Shown here in pieces: positions 48,083-60,486 of a DNA stretch of 64,000 bases. Every line of letters begins with the position of its first letter. Position 1 is the stretch's first letter. The stretch is taken from the NCBI GenBank assembly GCA_002269645.1, contig NIVC01001914.1:124001-188000 (forward strand), in the 5' to 3' direction. Source of the DNA: Macrostomum lignano. Its lineage: Eukaryota. A program made the position numbers and the translations under genes. Under the pieces are notes generated by a model. That model had not been told where the DNA came from. It ran no database searches and saw only the letters and a program-made list of their open reading frames with translations.

Positions 48083-51000
48083 CTGGAAAGCGATGTCGAG
48101 ATTTTAGGAGATCTGAGTTCTGGCAGAGCCGGGACATTTGCGTCTGGCATATTAATCACAAACCTTGATTTTGGCGCTGCCATCTCTTAACTTTGATTTT
48201 GGCACCGCCATCTCTTAACTTTGATCTTGGCGCTGCCATCTCTTAACTTTGATTTTGGCGCCGCCATATCTTAACTTTGATTTTGGCGCCGCCATATCTT
48301 AACTTTAATTTTGGCGCCGCCACCTCCAAATTTGATTTTGCCGCCGCCATCTCTAACTTTGATTTTGGCGCCGATAACTTATTTGATTTTGGCGCCGCCA
48401 TCTCTAACTTTGATTTTGGCGCCGCCAACTTATTTGATTTTGGCGCCGCCATCGCTAACTTAAAATAGTTCATCGTGTAACTCGTACTCGCAATAAAAGC
48501 TTACCTGAATGATTGCGGCATTGCGCAGACCGGACATTGTGACAGGCCTAGGCCGGGTCATCACAGGCGGAGAACTGGTCCCCCCGCCGTCAACAAGATC
48601 ATGAGTGGAAGTTGATGTTTTAGATACGGGCGCCTGCTGCTGCTGCTGTCGCAGGTTGCTGCTTTCGCCGGGATATAGGGTTGTGGCTCGAGGGCCGGAG
48701 TGGTTGCTAGGTAGATGGCGAGCAAACGAGCGCATCGCCACAGTCTGTTGGAAATTGTTTTGTAAAGGTTGTTTGAAATTTAGAAAAGAAATAACTTTAA
48801 ATCACAAACATCCTTAAATCCCACAAACACAGATCCTAGAATCCCAGAGTCCCCATACTCAGATCCCAGAGTCCCCATACTCAGATCCCAGAATCCCCAT
48901 ACTCAGATCCCAGAATCCCCATACTCAGATCCCAGAATCCCCATACTCAGATCACAGAATTTCCCCATACTCAGATCACAGAATTTCCCCATACTCAGAC
49001 CCCAGAATCCCTCCATATTCAGATCCCAGAATCCCCATACTCAGACCCCAGAATCCCTCCATATTCAGATCCCAGAATCCCCATACTCAGATCACAGAAT
49101 TTCCCCATACTCAGACCCCAGAATCCCTCCATATTCAGATCCCAGAATCCCCATACTCAGACCCCAGAATCCCTTCATATTCAGATCCCAGAATCCCCAT
49201 ACTCAGATCACAGAATTTCCCCATACTCACATCCCAGAGTCCCCATACTCAGATCACAGAATTTCCCCATACTCACATCCTAGAGTCCCCATACTCAGAT
49301 CACAGAATTTCCCCATACTCAGATCACAGAATTTCCCCATACTCACATCCCAGAGTCCCCATACTCAGATCACAGAATTTCCCCATACTCACATCCTAGA
49401 GTCCCCATACTCAGATCACAGAATTTCCCCATACTCAGATCACGGAATTTCCCCATACTCAGAGCCCAGAATCCCTCCATATTCAGATCCCAGAATCCCC
49501 ATACTCAGATCACAGAATTTCCCCATACTCAGACCCCAGAGTCCCCATACTCAGACCCCAGAATCCCCATACTCAGATCCCAGAGTCCCCATACTCAGAC
49601 CCCAGAATCCCCCATAATCTGATCCAAGTGTTCTTCCACACTCAGATCCCAGAATCCCGTCAAATCCAAATTCTCCCAAACTCAGATAAAATAATCCCCA
49701 ATCCCAAAAAGCAGAGCTGCTCACTGTCCCCGTCGCCGCTCTCTTTGCCCCCTCTCCCGTGGCAGTCAGCAGAGACTTCTTGAGTGCCCGATAATTCGGC
49801 AGCAGCTTCTTGCGCCGAATCAGCGCTTCATCGGCTGCCCGATTGAACATCAGGTATTGCTCATCCTGGGGACTCGTCAGGTAGCGACAGACGAATTCGG
49901 AGAACATCTGCGAGCTGAACAGCCTGGGTAATGGAACAGTGAGGGATAATTTCCCACTGAGGATAAAATAGATAGGGGATATTTTCCCACTGGGATAAAT
50001 TTAACAGGGGATATTTTCCCTCTGGTGATAAATCAGGTGAAGGATATATTACCCCTGGGTTTAAATCAGGTAGCGGATATTTTACCTCTGGGGATAAATT
50101 AGGTAGGGGACAATCCCCCCCCCCTGGGGATAAATCAGGTAGAGGAAAATTTCCCTCTGGGATAAATAAGGTACTGGACAATTTCCCTAAGGAGGATAAA
50201 TTTAATAGGGGATATTTTCCCTCTGGCGATAAATCAGGTGGAGGATATATTACCCTGGGTTTAAATCAGGTAGCGGATATTTTCCCTCTGGGGATGAATC
50301 AGGTTGGGGACAGTTTCCCCCTGGGGATAAATCAGGTTGGGGGCAATTTCCCCCTGGGGATAAATCAGGTTGGGGACAGTTTCCCCCCCTGGGGATAAAT
50401 CAGGTTGGGGACAGTTTCCCCCCTGGGGATAAATCAGGTTGGGGACAGTTTCCCCCCTGGGGATAAATCAGGTTGGGGACAGTTTCCCCCCTGGGGATAA
50501 ATCAGGTGGGGGGCAATTTCCCCCTGGGGATAAATCAGGTGGGGGGCAATTTCCCCCTGGGGATAAATCAGGTTGGGGACAGTTTCCCCCCTGGGGATAA
50601 ATCAGGTTGGGGACAGTTTCCCCCCTGGGGATAAATCAAATGCTAATGCAAATTCTAATTACCTTCGCAGAAAGCTGTGATAACTATCCGGACTAAGCTT
50701 CAGATACTGCTCATCATCGAACGGTTCACCTCTAATAGCCAGAGCCCTCAACGGTGCCAATAGCTCTGCATTGATGCGCAGAAAAGTCTGAGAGAAATGC
50801 GTATCAGCCACCGGAGCCTGTTGCTTGCTGCCAGCAGGCAGTTGCAATTGCTTTAAAGACTTTTTCGCCCGTTTAACCAGAGAAGTCGGCAGGCTGGGCT
50901 CGTCAGGTTCGCCATCGGTTTGGGCCATAAAAATATCGCCAGACTCGAAGTCAACTCGAATAAAATCGGGATCGGAGAAGTTCGCTTCAATCTGTTTCTC

Positions 51001-54000
51001 ATTGGCTAAGTAGAGAGGCTGGGCCAGACCGAAGATGTAGGGAACCAGACAGCCAATGTGGTCGATATTGGAGTCGGATAGAGTCGGTACCAGCAGGTGC
51101 TCCCAGGACATTGGGTAGAGCAGCGACACGAGCCCCATCACTGATAGACTCAATTGGCGAAGCCGCTTGCCAACGAACAATATCTTCTTTTCTATAAGCA
51201 TCGCGGCCAGAATGAATACCAGGGTGTCTGCACAGCTCACCTGGATTGAGAGTTCAAGATGGGCAAGTGAGATTAAGGTGGGGTAATACACGAGGTTTAG
51301 GATCAGATTTTAACAACTAAATAAGGAAGCGATGGTTTGAAGTTCAACAGAATAAGAGTGGAGAGAAGTTCAATGGAGGCAGAGAGGCCCAGAGGAGGGA
51401 GAGAGTCAGAGGAGGGAGGATCAGAGGGAGGATTAGAGGAGGAAGGATCAGAGGAGGAGAGGATCAGAGGAGGAGAGGATCAGAGGGAGGATCAGAGGAG
51501 GAGAGGATCAGAGGGAGGATCAGAGGAGGGGAGGATCAGAGGAGAGGAGCAGAGGAGGGAGGATCAGAGGGGGGGAGGATCAGAGGGAGGATCAGAGGGA
51601 GGATCAGAGGAGGGGAGGATCAGAGGAGGGGAGGATCAGAGGAGGGAGAGGGTCAGAGGAGGGAGGATCAGAGGAGGGAGGATCAGAGGAGGGAGAGGAT
51701 CAGAGGAGGGAGAGGATCAGAGGAGGGAGAGGATCAGAGGAGGGAGAGGATCAGAGGAGGGGAGGATCAGAGGAGGGGAGGATCAGAGGAGGGAGAGGGT
51801 CAGAGGAGGGAGGATCAGAGGAGGGAGGATCAGAGGAGGGAGGATCAGAGGAGGGAGGATCAGAGGAGGGAGAGGATCAGAGGAGGGAGAGGATCAGAGG
51901 AGGGAGAGGGTCAGAGGAGGGAGAGGATCAGAGGAGGAGAGGATCAGAGGGAGGATCAGAGGAGAGAGGATCAGAGGAGGGAGAGGGTCAGAGGAGGGAG
52001 GATCAGAGGAGGGAGGATCAGAGGAGGGAGGATCAGAGGAGGGAGGATCAGAGGAGGGAGAGGATCAGAGGAGGGAGAGGATCAGAGGAGGGAGAGGATC
52101 AGAGGAGGGAGAGGGTCAGAGGAGGGAGAGGATCAGAGGAGGAGAGGATCAGAGGGAGGATCAGAGGAGGGGAGGATCAGAGGAGGGAGAGGGTCAGAGG
52201 AGGGAGGATCAGAGGAGGGAGGATCAGAGGAGGGAGAGGATCAGAGGAGGGAGAGGATCAGAGGAGGGAGAGGATCAGAGGAGGGAGAGGATCAGAGGAG
52301 GAGAGGATCAGAGGGAGGATCAGAGGAGGGGAGGATCAGAGGAGGGGAGGATCAGAGGAGGGAGAGGGTCAGAGGAGGGAGGATCAGAGGAGGGAGGATC
52401 AGAGGAGGGAGGATCAGAGGAGGGAGGATCAGAGGAGGGAGAGGATCAGAGGAGGGAGAGGATCAGAGGAGGGAGAGGATCAGAGGAGGAGAGGATCAGA
52501 GGAGGAGAGGATCAGAGGAGGGAGAGGGTCAGAGGAGGGAGGATCAGAGGAGGGAGGATCAGAGGGAGGATCAGAGGAGGGAGGATCAGAGGAGGGAGGA
52601 TCAGAGGAGGAGAGGATCAGAGGAGGGAGGATCAGAGGAGGGAGAGGGTCAGAGGAGGGAGGATCAGAGGAGGGAGAGGATCAGAGGAGGGAGAGGATCA
52701 GAGGAGGAGAGGATCAGAGGGAGGATCAGAGGAGGGGAGGATCAGAGGAGGGGAGGATCAGAGGAGGGAGAGGGTCAGAGGAGGGAGGATCAGAGGAGGG
52801 AGGATCAGAGGAGGGAGGATCAGAGGAGGGAGGATCAGAGGAGGAGAGGATCAGAGGGAGGATCAGAGGAGGGAGGATCAGAGGAGGGAGGATCAGAGGA
52901 GGAGAGGATCAGAGGGAGGATCAGAGGAGGAGAGGATCAGAGGAGGGAGGATCAGAGGAGGAGAGGATCAGAGGAGGGAGGATCAGAGGAGGGAGGATCA
53001 GAGGAGGGAGGATCAGAGGAGGAGAGGATCAGAGGGAGGATCAGAGGAGGGGAGGATCAGAGGAGGAGAGGATCAGAGGAGGGAGGATCAGAGGAGGGAG
53101 GATCAGAGGAGGGAGGATCAGAGGAGGAGAGGATCAGAGGGAGGATCAGAGGAGGGAGGATCAGAGGAGGGAGGATCAGAGGAGGAGAGGATCAGAGGGA
53201 GGATCAGAGGAGGAGAGGATCAGAGGAGGGAGGATCAGAGGAGGGAGGATCAGAGGAGGGAGGATCAGAGGAGGAGAGGATCAGAGGAGGGAGGATCAGA
53301 GGAGGGAGGATCAGAGGAGGGAGGATCAGAGGGAGGATCAGAGGAGGGAGGATCAGAGGGAGGATCAGAGGAGGGAGGATCAGAGGAGGGAGGATCAGAG
53401 GAGGGAGGATCAGAGGAGGAGAGGATCAGAGGGAGGATCAGAGGAGGAGAGGATCAGAGGAGGGAGGATCAGAGGAGGGAGGATCAGAGGAGGGAGGATC
53501 AGAGGAGGAGAGGATCAGAGGAGGGAGGATCAGAGGGAGGATTAGAGGAGGGAGGATCAGAGGGAGGATCAGAGGAGGGAGAGGGTCAGAGGAGGGAGAG
53601 GGTCAGAGGAGGGAGAGGGTCAGAGGAGGGAGAGGGTCAGAGGAGGGAGAGGGTCAGAGGAGGGAGAGAGGGTCAGAGGAGGGAGAGGGTCAGAGGAGGG
53701 AGAGGGTCAGAGGAGGGAGAGGGTCAGAGGAGGGAGAGGGTCAGAGGAGGGAGAGGGTCAGAGGAGGGAGAGGGTCAGAGGAGGGAGAGGGTCAGAGGAG
53801 GGAGAGGGTCAGAGGAGGGAGAGGGTCAGAGGAGGGAGAGGGTCAGAGGAGGGAGAGGGTCAGAGGAGGGAGAGAGGGTCAGAGGAGGGAGAGGGTTAGA
53901 TCTTTACCATAGATGCATAGAAGACACAATTTAATTAAAACTAAAGTAGTTAGTTAGTTCAAAACATTCCAAGCACTTGTGTTCTGCTGTGTAGTTAAAA

Positions 54001-55453
54001 ATAGCCCACAGAACAGAGTCGTAGCTTTACTATCTCAAGCAGTCAGTCTTATTAGCACATTGTCAGTGGTGACTTGATGCGGAGAGCGTGCATAGATTAA
54101 GCCGTTATTCCAAAGATTGCATTTGTTGACACAGAGATTTATGATGCGGTATATCTACATGTACAGAACTAGGAGTATGAACCAAGAAGTTATTTGAACT
54201 AACTCTTAATATAGTTGTTGTGATTACGACGTAGTAAGTTAGGCAAACATCACGGTTTACAAGCAGAAATGTTAAATGTATTAAATGCGCTAAAAGATAA
54301 CTGCGCCAGAAAGAGAGAAATTAAACCTTATTTCGATGGTAAAAAGTCGACATTCTAGATTAAACCAGCACAAAACTACGTAATTAGAGATAAAAACTGA
54401 TGTTCCTGCTTCACCCACTGCTTCTGGTTAATTTACCGGGTAGCTAAACCAATGATTACCCATTGCCTTACAGGTTGGCTAAACCCTGATTACCCGTTGC
54501 CTTACAGGTTGGCTAAACCCCTGATTACCCGTTGCCTTACAGGTTGGCTAAACCCTGATTACCCATTGCCTTACAGGTTGGCTAAACCCTGATTACCCGT
54601 TGCCTTACCGGTTGGCTAAACCCCTGATTACCGGGTAGCTAAACCCTGATTACCCGTTGCCTTACCGGTTGGCTAAACCCCTGATTACCGGGTAGCTAAA
54701 CCCTGATTACCCGTTGCCTTACCGGTTGGCTAAACCCCTGATTACCGGGTAGATAAAACCCTGATTACTGGTTGCTTTACCGGGTAGCTAGCTTTCAGCT
54801 CGGGGTTGCTATCCGGATTCCTAGAAAACAACTCAATCTCCGTATCCTTTCCAGAGTCCACCAACCTTATTGAACAGCTCCATCAGCGGACTGCACTGAG
54901 TCAGGCCGGGCAGTTGATTGTCTGGAGGCGCAGTACGTCGCAGCACGAAGTGTTGAAAGCTGACCCCAGCCAGGTCAGTCAGGGTGGCTGAAGGCCGCAG
55001 TTTATCGCAGGCAGCCAGTTTGGTCAGGGCACCCTTAACCATAGACAGATTCCTGCTAGATTTGTGCACCAACAGGTGAGACAGACACTGCAACAGTTCC
55101 GGAAACACTTCGAACAGAGGATGATGCGACACAATGGCTAAACAGCGCAGACCATTAGCATTATCCTCGTCCCGATAATATTTCACAAATAGGAATGTGA
55201 ACACGGAATTGATGTCAGTGAATACGCTGCACAGAGAGTCGGAGAGGTGATCGAATTCATACCAACTGGGCATGGCGTACTCCACTATGCGCTTCTCCCA
55301 CTCTTCAAGCACATTTAAACTGACGTCAAGTGGGCAGTAGCGAAACTCTGACACGGGATCAGCTCCCGGGCTGTTGCGATGCAGCTCGTAGAAGAATTCA
55401 AATAGGCGCGCCTGACCGCCAGACTTTAATCGGCTGCGCATGCCGAACTTCAT
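47558..55453 (-). CDS. DENND1: DENND1/connecdenn-like Rab GEF (uDENN-DENN-dDENN + proline-rich tail), about 709 aa, 5 exons
   Basis: Exons 55453-54866, 51240-50663, 49923-49725, 48744-48505 and 48082-47558 join in frame (2130 nt) with GT-AG introns. MRSRLK..LFEFFYE, HHPLFEVF, AAMLIEKKIL, WEHLLVPTL, CLVPYIFG and SQMFSEFV match DENND1 motifs. The tail has PxxP runs and a terminal WETQF. Confidence 0.88.
48165..48465. repeat. 28-30-bp repeat (TTAACTTTGATTTTGGCGCCGCCATATC)n in DENND1 intron 4
   Basis: Direct reading. Confidence 0.92.
48505..48744 (-). CDS. DENND1: DENND1-like exon 4
   Basis: acceptor caacag|, donor cag|gtaagc, phase 0-0, 80 codons. Confidence 0.75.
48835..49685. repeat. 22-bp repeat (CAGATCCCAGAATCCCCATACT)n in DENND1 intron 3
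   Basis: Direct reading. Confidence 0.94.
49725..49923 (-). CDS. DENND1: DENND1-like exon 3 (dDENN)
   Basis: acceptor acccag|, donor aca|gtgagc; RLFSSQMFSEFVCRYL. Confidence 0.85.
49945..50638. repeat. 33-34-bp repeat (CAGGTTGGGGACAGTTTCCCCCCTGGGGATAAAT)n in DENND1 intron 2
   Basis: Direct reading. Confidence 0.93.
50663..51240 (-). CDS. DENND1: DENND1-like exon 2 (core DENN)
   Basis: acceptor atccag| at 51241, donor ag|gtaatt at 50662. Confidence 0.9.
51375..53895. repeat. 15-17-bp repeat (GAGGAGGGAGGATCA)n in DENND1 intron 1
   Basis: Direct reading. Confidence 0.97.
54440..54790. repeat. About 34-bp repeat (GGCTAAACCCTGATTACCCGTTGCCTTACAGGTT)n in DENND1 intron 1
   Basis: Direct reading. 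Confidence 0.92.
54866..55453 (-). CDS. DENND1: DENND1-like exon 1 (uDENN)
   Basis: ORF 54833-55453, donor aag|gttggt at 54865. Confidence 0.85.
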
Positions 55454-56566
55454 GACTGGCTGTTGGTATTGTATTCAGAATACAATTTTTCTCTTTACAA
55501 TGTTATATATTGGACATGCTCATTTTCATCTTAAAGCAACAATAATTTCTGCAGGATAATTGTGTGGCAGTCATTATGCCAGGTGCTGACTGAGAGGGGC
55601 CATGTTTCCTAGAAAAATCCTGTTCATGGCACTAAACTACAACAATCATATATCATCTAACATAGCTGCACATTATTTCTTTAAGTTGTATTTCCTATTA
55701 ATTGGACAAAGAAATAACAAGAAACTACTGTTATTTCTTTTTCTGCATTGAAAGTTGCTGGATTTTGCTAGCTTCCAAGCCTTTTATGATAGGAACCTTA
55801 AAGTCCCTAGGGTTGAGGATTCAAGCAATAGAGATTTTTATGCCATATGCACATTGTATAATTTGGAGATAATTACCATATACTAAATCTCTAATATGGA
55901 CTAAAGTTAAGATGAATGCAATCATAGCAATTATTCCAAACATTTTACTAAAAACATTTAATGAATAAGTTAAATTGCTATTATTCTTAACTTCTTGATT
56001 ATTTTAATGTTAATTATAAAGTAAGTATTGGCAATGCTGGATTTAATATCATTAAATATTAAAGTAAATTACAGGAAAACAGTTTGCTATAGATATAAAT
56101 AAAGATATATTTAGATTAAGTTATTAACAAGCAATGTTAAATAACCATTCTTCTTTCGTGGTACACTTTAACAATTAAAAATATTAGCATTAATAGATTA
56201 ATTAGTATAAATTGGCCAACTAGATGCTATTTAGACCTAATCTAGATTCTTGATTATCTCCAGAGTGCAAATCTTGAGTTTCAAAAATCTCATATGATAC
56301 TATCTAAACTTTAGCTATGGCATAATTTTAGCACCATTAGTATTTATAAAATACTATACTATAGTATACCATTAGTATCTTATATCTAAAGACAAGTGAA
56401 CCAATTGGGCTTAATGTGTATCTCCTCCTAGATGGCTGGCAACTCAAATGCAGGACTTATATAAATCAATGTAGAATTTTCCTATACAACAAATAGGCTA
56501 TTTTAAAATTGAAAATTAAAATGACATCAGTCAAACATATTAGTATAAATATAGAGCTGATATAGT

Positions 56567-56655
56567 ATCCATATACTAAAAATGAGTTGTTTGTTTGTAC
56601 AAAATCGATTTTCTCCTGAATGGCTTGACCAATTTTGTTCGAATTTGCACTGTTC
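56567..56655 (+). mobile_element. Diverged fragment of the same Helitron-like 5' terminus, opposite orientation
   Basis: atccatatactaaaaatgagttgtttgtttg..ttgaccaattttgttcgaatttgcac is the reverse complement of the termini at 60205-60290. Confidence 0.55.
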
Positions 56656-56775
56656 AATCAGAAATTTTCCAAATTAAGGCTATTAGTATAGCTTTAACCC
56701 TTTCACACTAGAGCTAGAAATACAAAAGCTCCATTCTTGCCAACATGGTCAGCTGGGCTAACCATAGACCATAGG

Positions 56776-56912
56776 CAGTCGGGGACCGAAAAAATCAAAG
56801 GGGGGACCAAGCGAATTTTTGCCAAAAACAGAGCCACCCCTCCGCCGCCCCCTCTCCTGGGACTTTACCCTCAGAATCCGCCCCCCTTGAAAAATTTCTG
56901 GTTGCGCTACTG
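56776..56912. mobile_element. 137-bp hAT-type MITE
   Basis: Perfect 8-bp TSD ACCATAGG (56768-56775 / 56913-56920); imperfect TIRs CAGT...GAAA..AAGGGGGG. Confidence 0.7.
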
Positions 56913-57817
56913 ACCATAGGTAGAATCTTATTGTGCCCTTGTGCAAAGCCTTTCTAGTTTAGAAAGGAGCATTTTGAACTCAGCTTAGACAAATATAGGG
57001 ATGAAAAAAACAGTTTCAAAGTGCATTTTACTTAATGTTTTTTTAAATAGATTACACAGTGTATATACTCAATATCTAGCTATAGAGTATAGACACAATC
57101 TATGGTTCACTTTAAAATCTACAAGCATGCCTTTTTGAAAGAGAAAGCACTATACCTACTTAATAAGTACTCAATTAAAGTAGTGCATCATTTTATTGAA
57201 AATTAAATCAGCTACAACCATGGACATTTTGCATACATTTGATTCTGAGACTGATGACATCATCACAGATTATGCTGAAACCAAGTTGCTATATTACATT
57301 GCAAATAACTAGGACTTTTTTCACCCATTTTTTGTATGATCAGCATTGCTGACCATACTCAGCAAGAATAGCTACTATGTAACAGATAACTTTTCTTTTA
57401 CCATAGACTCCAAAAAATTACCAGCAGTAAAGGCTGTTGGTCCATGGTCAGCTCTGCTTATTAATAATACACTATTATAGATTAGGAAAAATAGATGCCA
57501 AACCACTTTTGCTTAGTGATAGCTTTTTCTAAATAAGGAATTGATAAATGTAAAAAGAAATATTTGCCTATTCTTTGTTTTATAACTAATAGTAATACAA
57601 CTTTATTCTTATGTATTCTATAGATTTTAAAGGTGGTTACAAAGGTGTAAAGTACATAGAAATTCTATTTTAGACATAAACTAGCAATCTTCGCCACCCG
57701 TTGGGGGACATCTGGATAGAATCTCTGTTCTCTACAAGTAACAAAAAGACAGCCAAATAAAGCCTTCACAAAGACAGCAGACAAACTGCTCAAATAAATT
57801 GTAATGCAAAAAGAAAT

Positions 57818-58030
57818 CATCCCAAGACAGCAAGCATCCCCCAGATTGCAAGCATCCCCCAAATAGCAAGTATCCCCCAGATAGCAAGCATCCCCCAGAT
57901 AGCAAGCATCCCCCAAATAGCAAGCGTCCCCCAGATAGCTAGCATCCACCAGATAGGAAGCATCCCCCCTCCCGGATAGCAAGCATCCCCCAGATAGCAA
58001 GCATCCCCAAATAGTAAGCATCCACCAGAC
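57818..58030. repeat. 18-bp repeat (AGCATCCCCCAGATAGCA)n; second copy at 60403-60478
   Basis: Direct reading. Confidence 0.92.
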
Positions 58031-58035
58031 AATAA

Positions 58036-60290
58036 GTAGCTAGTGCAACAATTTCCTTAGCTCTATAGTGACTCCTTTAAAATTGGCATGACGCTTACTT
58101 TTACGTTTGAAATTGTGTATCTTTTATGTTTGACATTGTGGCTCTTTTATGTTTGACATTGTGGCTCTTTTATGTTTGACATGGTGGCTCTTTTATGTTC
58201 TACATGGTGGCTCTTTAATGTTTGACATGGTGGCTCTTTAATGTTTGACATGGTGGCTCTTTTATGTTCTACATGGTGGCTCTTTAATGTTTGACATAAT
58301 GGCTCTTTAATGTTTGACATGGTGGCTCTTTTATGTTCTACATGGTGGCTCTTTAATGTTTGACATGGTGGCTCTTTTATGTTCTACATGGTGGCTCTTT
58401 AATGTTCTAAATGGTGGCTTTTTATTTTCAACATGGTGGCTCTTTAATGTTTGGCATGATGGCTCTCTGATGTTTGACATGGAGTCACGAATATACTTGA
58501 CATGGTGACTCTTTAATGTTTCACATTGTGGCTCTTTAATGTTTGACATGTTGGCTCTTTTATGTTTGACATGGTGGCTCTTTAATGTTTGACATGATGG
58601 CTCTTTTATGTTTGACATGGTGGCTCTTTAATGTTCGACATGGTGGCTCTATAATGTTTGACATGGTGGCTCTTTAATTTTCGACATGGTGCCTCTTTAA
58701 TGTTCGACATGGTGGCTCTTTAATGTTAAACACGGTGGCTGTTTAATTTTTGACATGGTGGCTATTTAATGTTCGACATGGTGGCTTTTTAATGTTCGAC
58801 ATGGTGCCTCTTTAATGTTTGACATGGTGGTCCTTTTATGTTTGACATGGTGGCTTTTTTATGTTTGACATGATGGCTCTTTTATGTTTAACATGGTGGC
58901 TCTTTTATGTTTGACATGGTGGCTCTTTGATGTTTGACGTGGTGGCTCTTTAATGTTCGACATTGTGGCTCTATAATGTTAGACATGGTGGCTCTTTAAT
59001 GTTCGACATGGTGGTCCTTTTATGCTTGACATGGTGGCTCTTTAATGTTTGACATGTTGGTCCTTTTATGTTTGACCTGGGGCACCTTAATGTCTGTAAT
59101 GATGGTTCTTTAATGTTTGAAATGGTGGCTCTTTAATATTTGACATGGTGGCTCTTTAATGTTTGACATGGTGGCTCTTTAATGTTTGACATGGTGGCTT
59201 TTTCATATTTGACATGGTGGCTCTTTTATGTTTGACATGGTGGTTCTTTTATGTTCGACATGGTGGCTCTTTTATGCTTGACATGGTGGCTCTTTTATGT
59301 TTGACGGGGTGGCTTTTTAATGTTCGACATTGTGGCTCTTTAATGTTCTTCATGGTGGCTCTTTAATGTTTGAAATAGTGGCTCTTTAATATTTGACATG
59401 GTGGCTCTTTAATGTTTTTCATGGTGGCTCTTTAATGTTCGACATGGTGGCTCTTTAATGTTCGACATGGTGGCTCTTTAATGTTTGACATTGTGCATTT
59501 TTTGTGTTTAGCATTTTGTGTTTTTAAGGTTTTTGAATAAAAAAATCTTTTTGCACTACTAAGATTCGAACCCAGGTCGCTGCATCAGCAGTCCAGTCTG
59601 TTCGCATCTATGCTATCTCTTGTCAGTTGGAGAACATGAATTGTGGCACTTATAATTAAATTCTTATAGCAAATCGGTAAGAGTAAAAAGTTATGACATA
59701 ATCAATTTCTCAGTCAGCCAGTATCAGTCTCAATTTAAGTTAGCAATATGGTTACACAATTTTAATCAAGTCTTGTGTGCATTTCTTTGGCACTGGTTGT
59801 GATGTAATCCTTATCACAAGTGGAATTCAGTCAGTCAGTTTTTTCTCTAGCATTCTTACAATGCATTTCAGGTCGAAAGAGCTGCTTGACCTTTGCAAAA
59901 AAGCATGTTTTTCGAATATTTAATCCCTTTAATATTGAGCAATTTCTTAGCCAAGATGCATGTACCGTCCCAGGAAAATTTTTGATCAAATGGTGCAAGT
60001 TTGAAGAAAATCAGTTGAGCCGTTTTTTCTAAAATCTATCGCATAGCTAGATAGATAGATACAGACAACTCATTTTTAGTATATGGGATCGGTTGAGCCG
60101 TTTTTTCTAAAATCTATCGCATAGCTAGATAGATAGATACAGACAACTCATTTTTAGTATATGGGATTCAAGCATACAAACCTTAGAGATTTAGTATATT
60201 TAGATGGTGCAAGTTTGAAGAAAATCGGTTGAGCCAATTTTTCTGAAATCTATCGCATACCCACAGACAACTCATTTTTAGTATATAGGA
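58036..60290 (-). mobile_element. Non-autonomous Helitron-like element (Lep1/DINE-type) with internal 23-24-bp minisatellite and tRNA-like segment; copy 1
   Basis: Minus-strand start a|TCCTATATACTAAAAATGAG followed by a microsatellite-bearing terminus like insect Lep1/DINE elements; terminus present three times at 59985-60290; (TTTGACATGGTGGCTCTTTAATG)n at 58115-59500. Confidence 0.6.
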
Positions 60291-60486
60291 TTGTGCACGG
60301 GGAGATTTTATAATGTACGATCTTTTCTTGCAGTCTACATTTATAGTTCTCTAGCCTGGCGACAAAAATACTACTTTACTGGGCGCATTCCCATTCATTC
60401 CCCAGATAGCAAGCATCCCCCAGATAGAAAGCATCCCCCAGATAGCAAGCATCCCCAAATAGCAAGCATCCACAAGACAATAAGTA

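Noticed and set aside
51337-53934. 865-aa Gly/Arg/Glu-rich ORF on the plus strand
   Set aside because: Translated repeat lying antisense inside DENND1 intron 1
59561-59615. Functional tRNA gene
   Set aside because: No intact acceptor stem or cloverleaf; lies inside a duplicated element and is more decayed in copy 2
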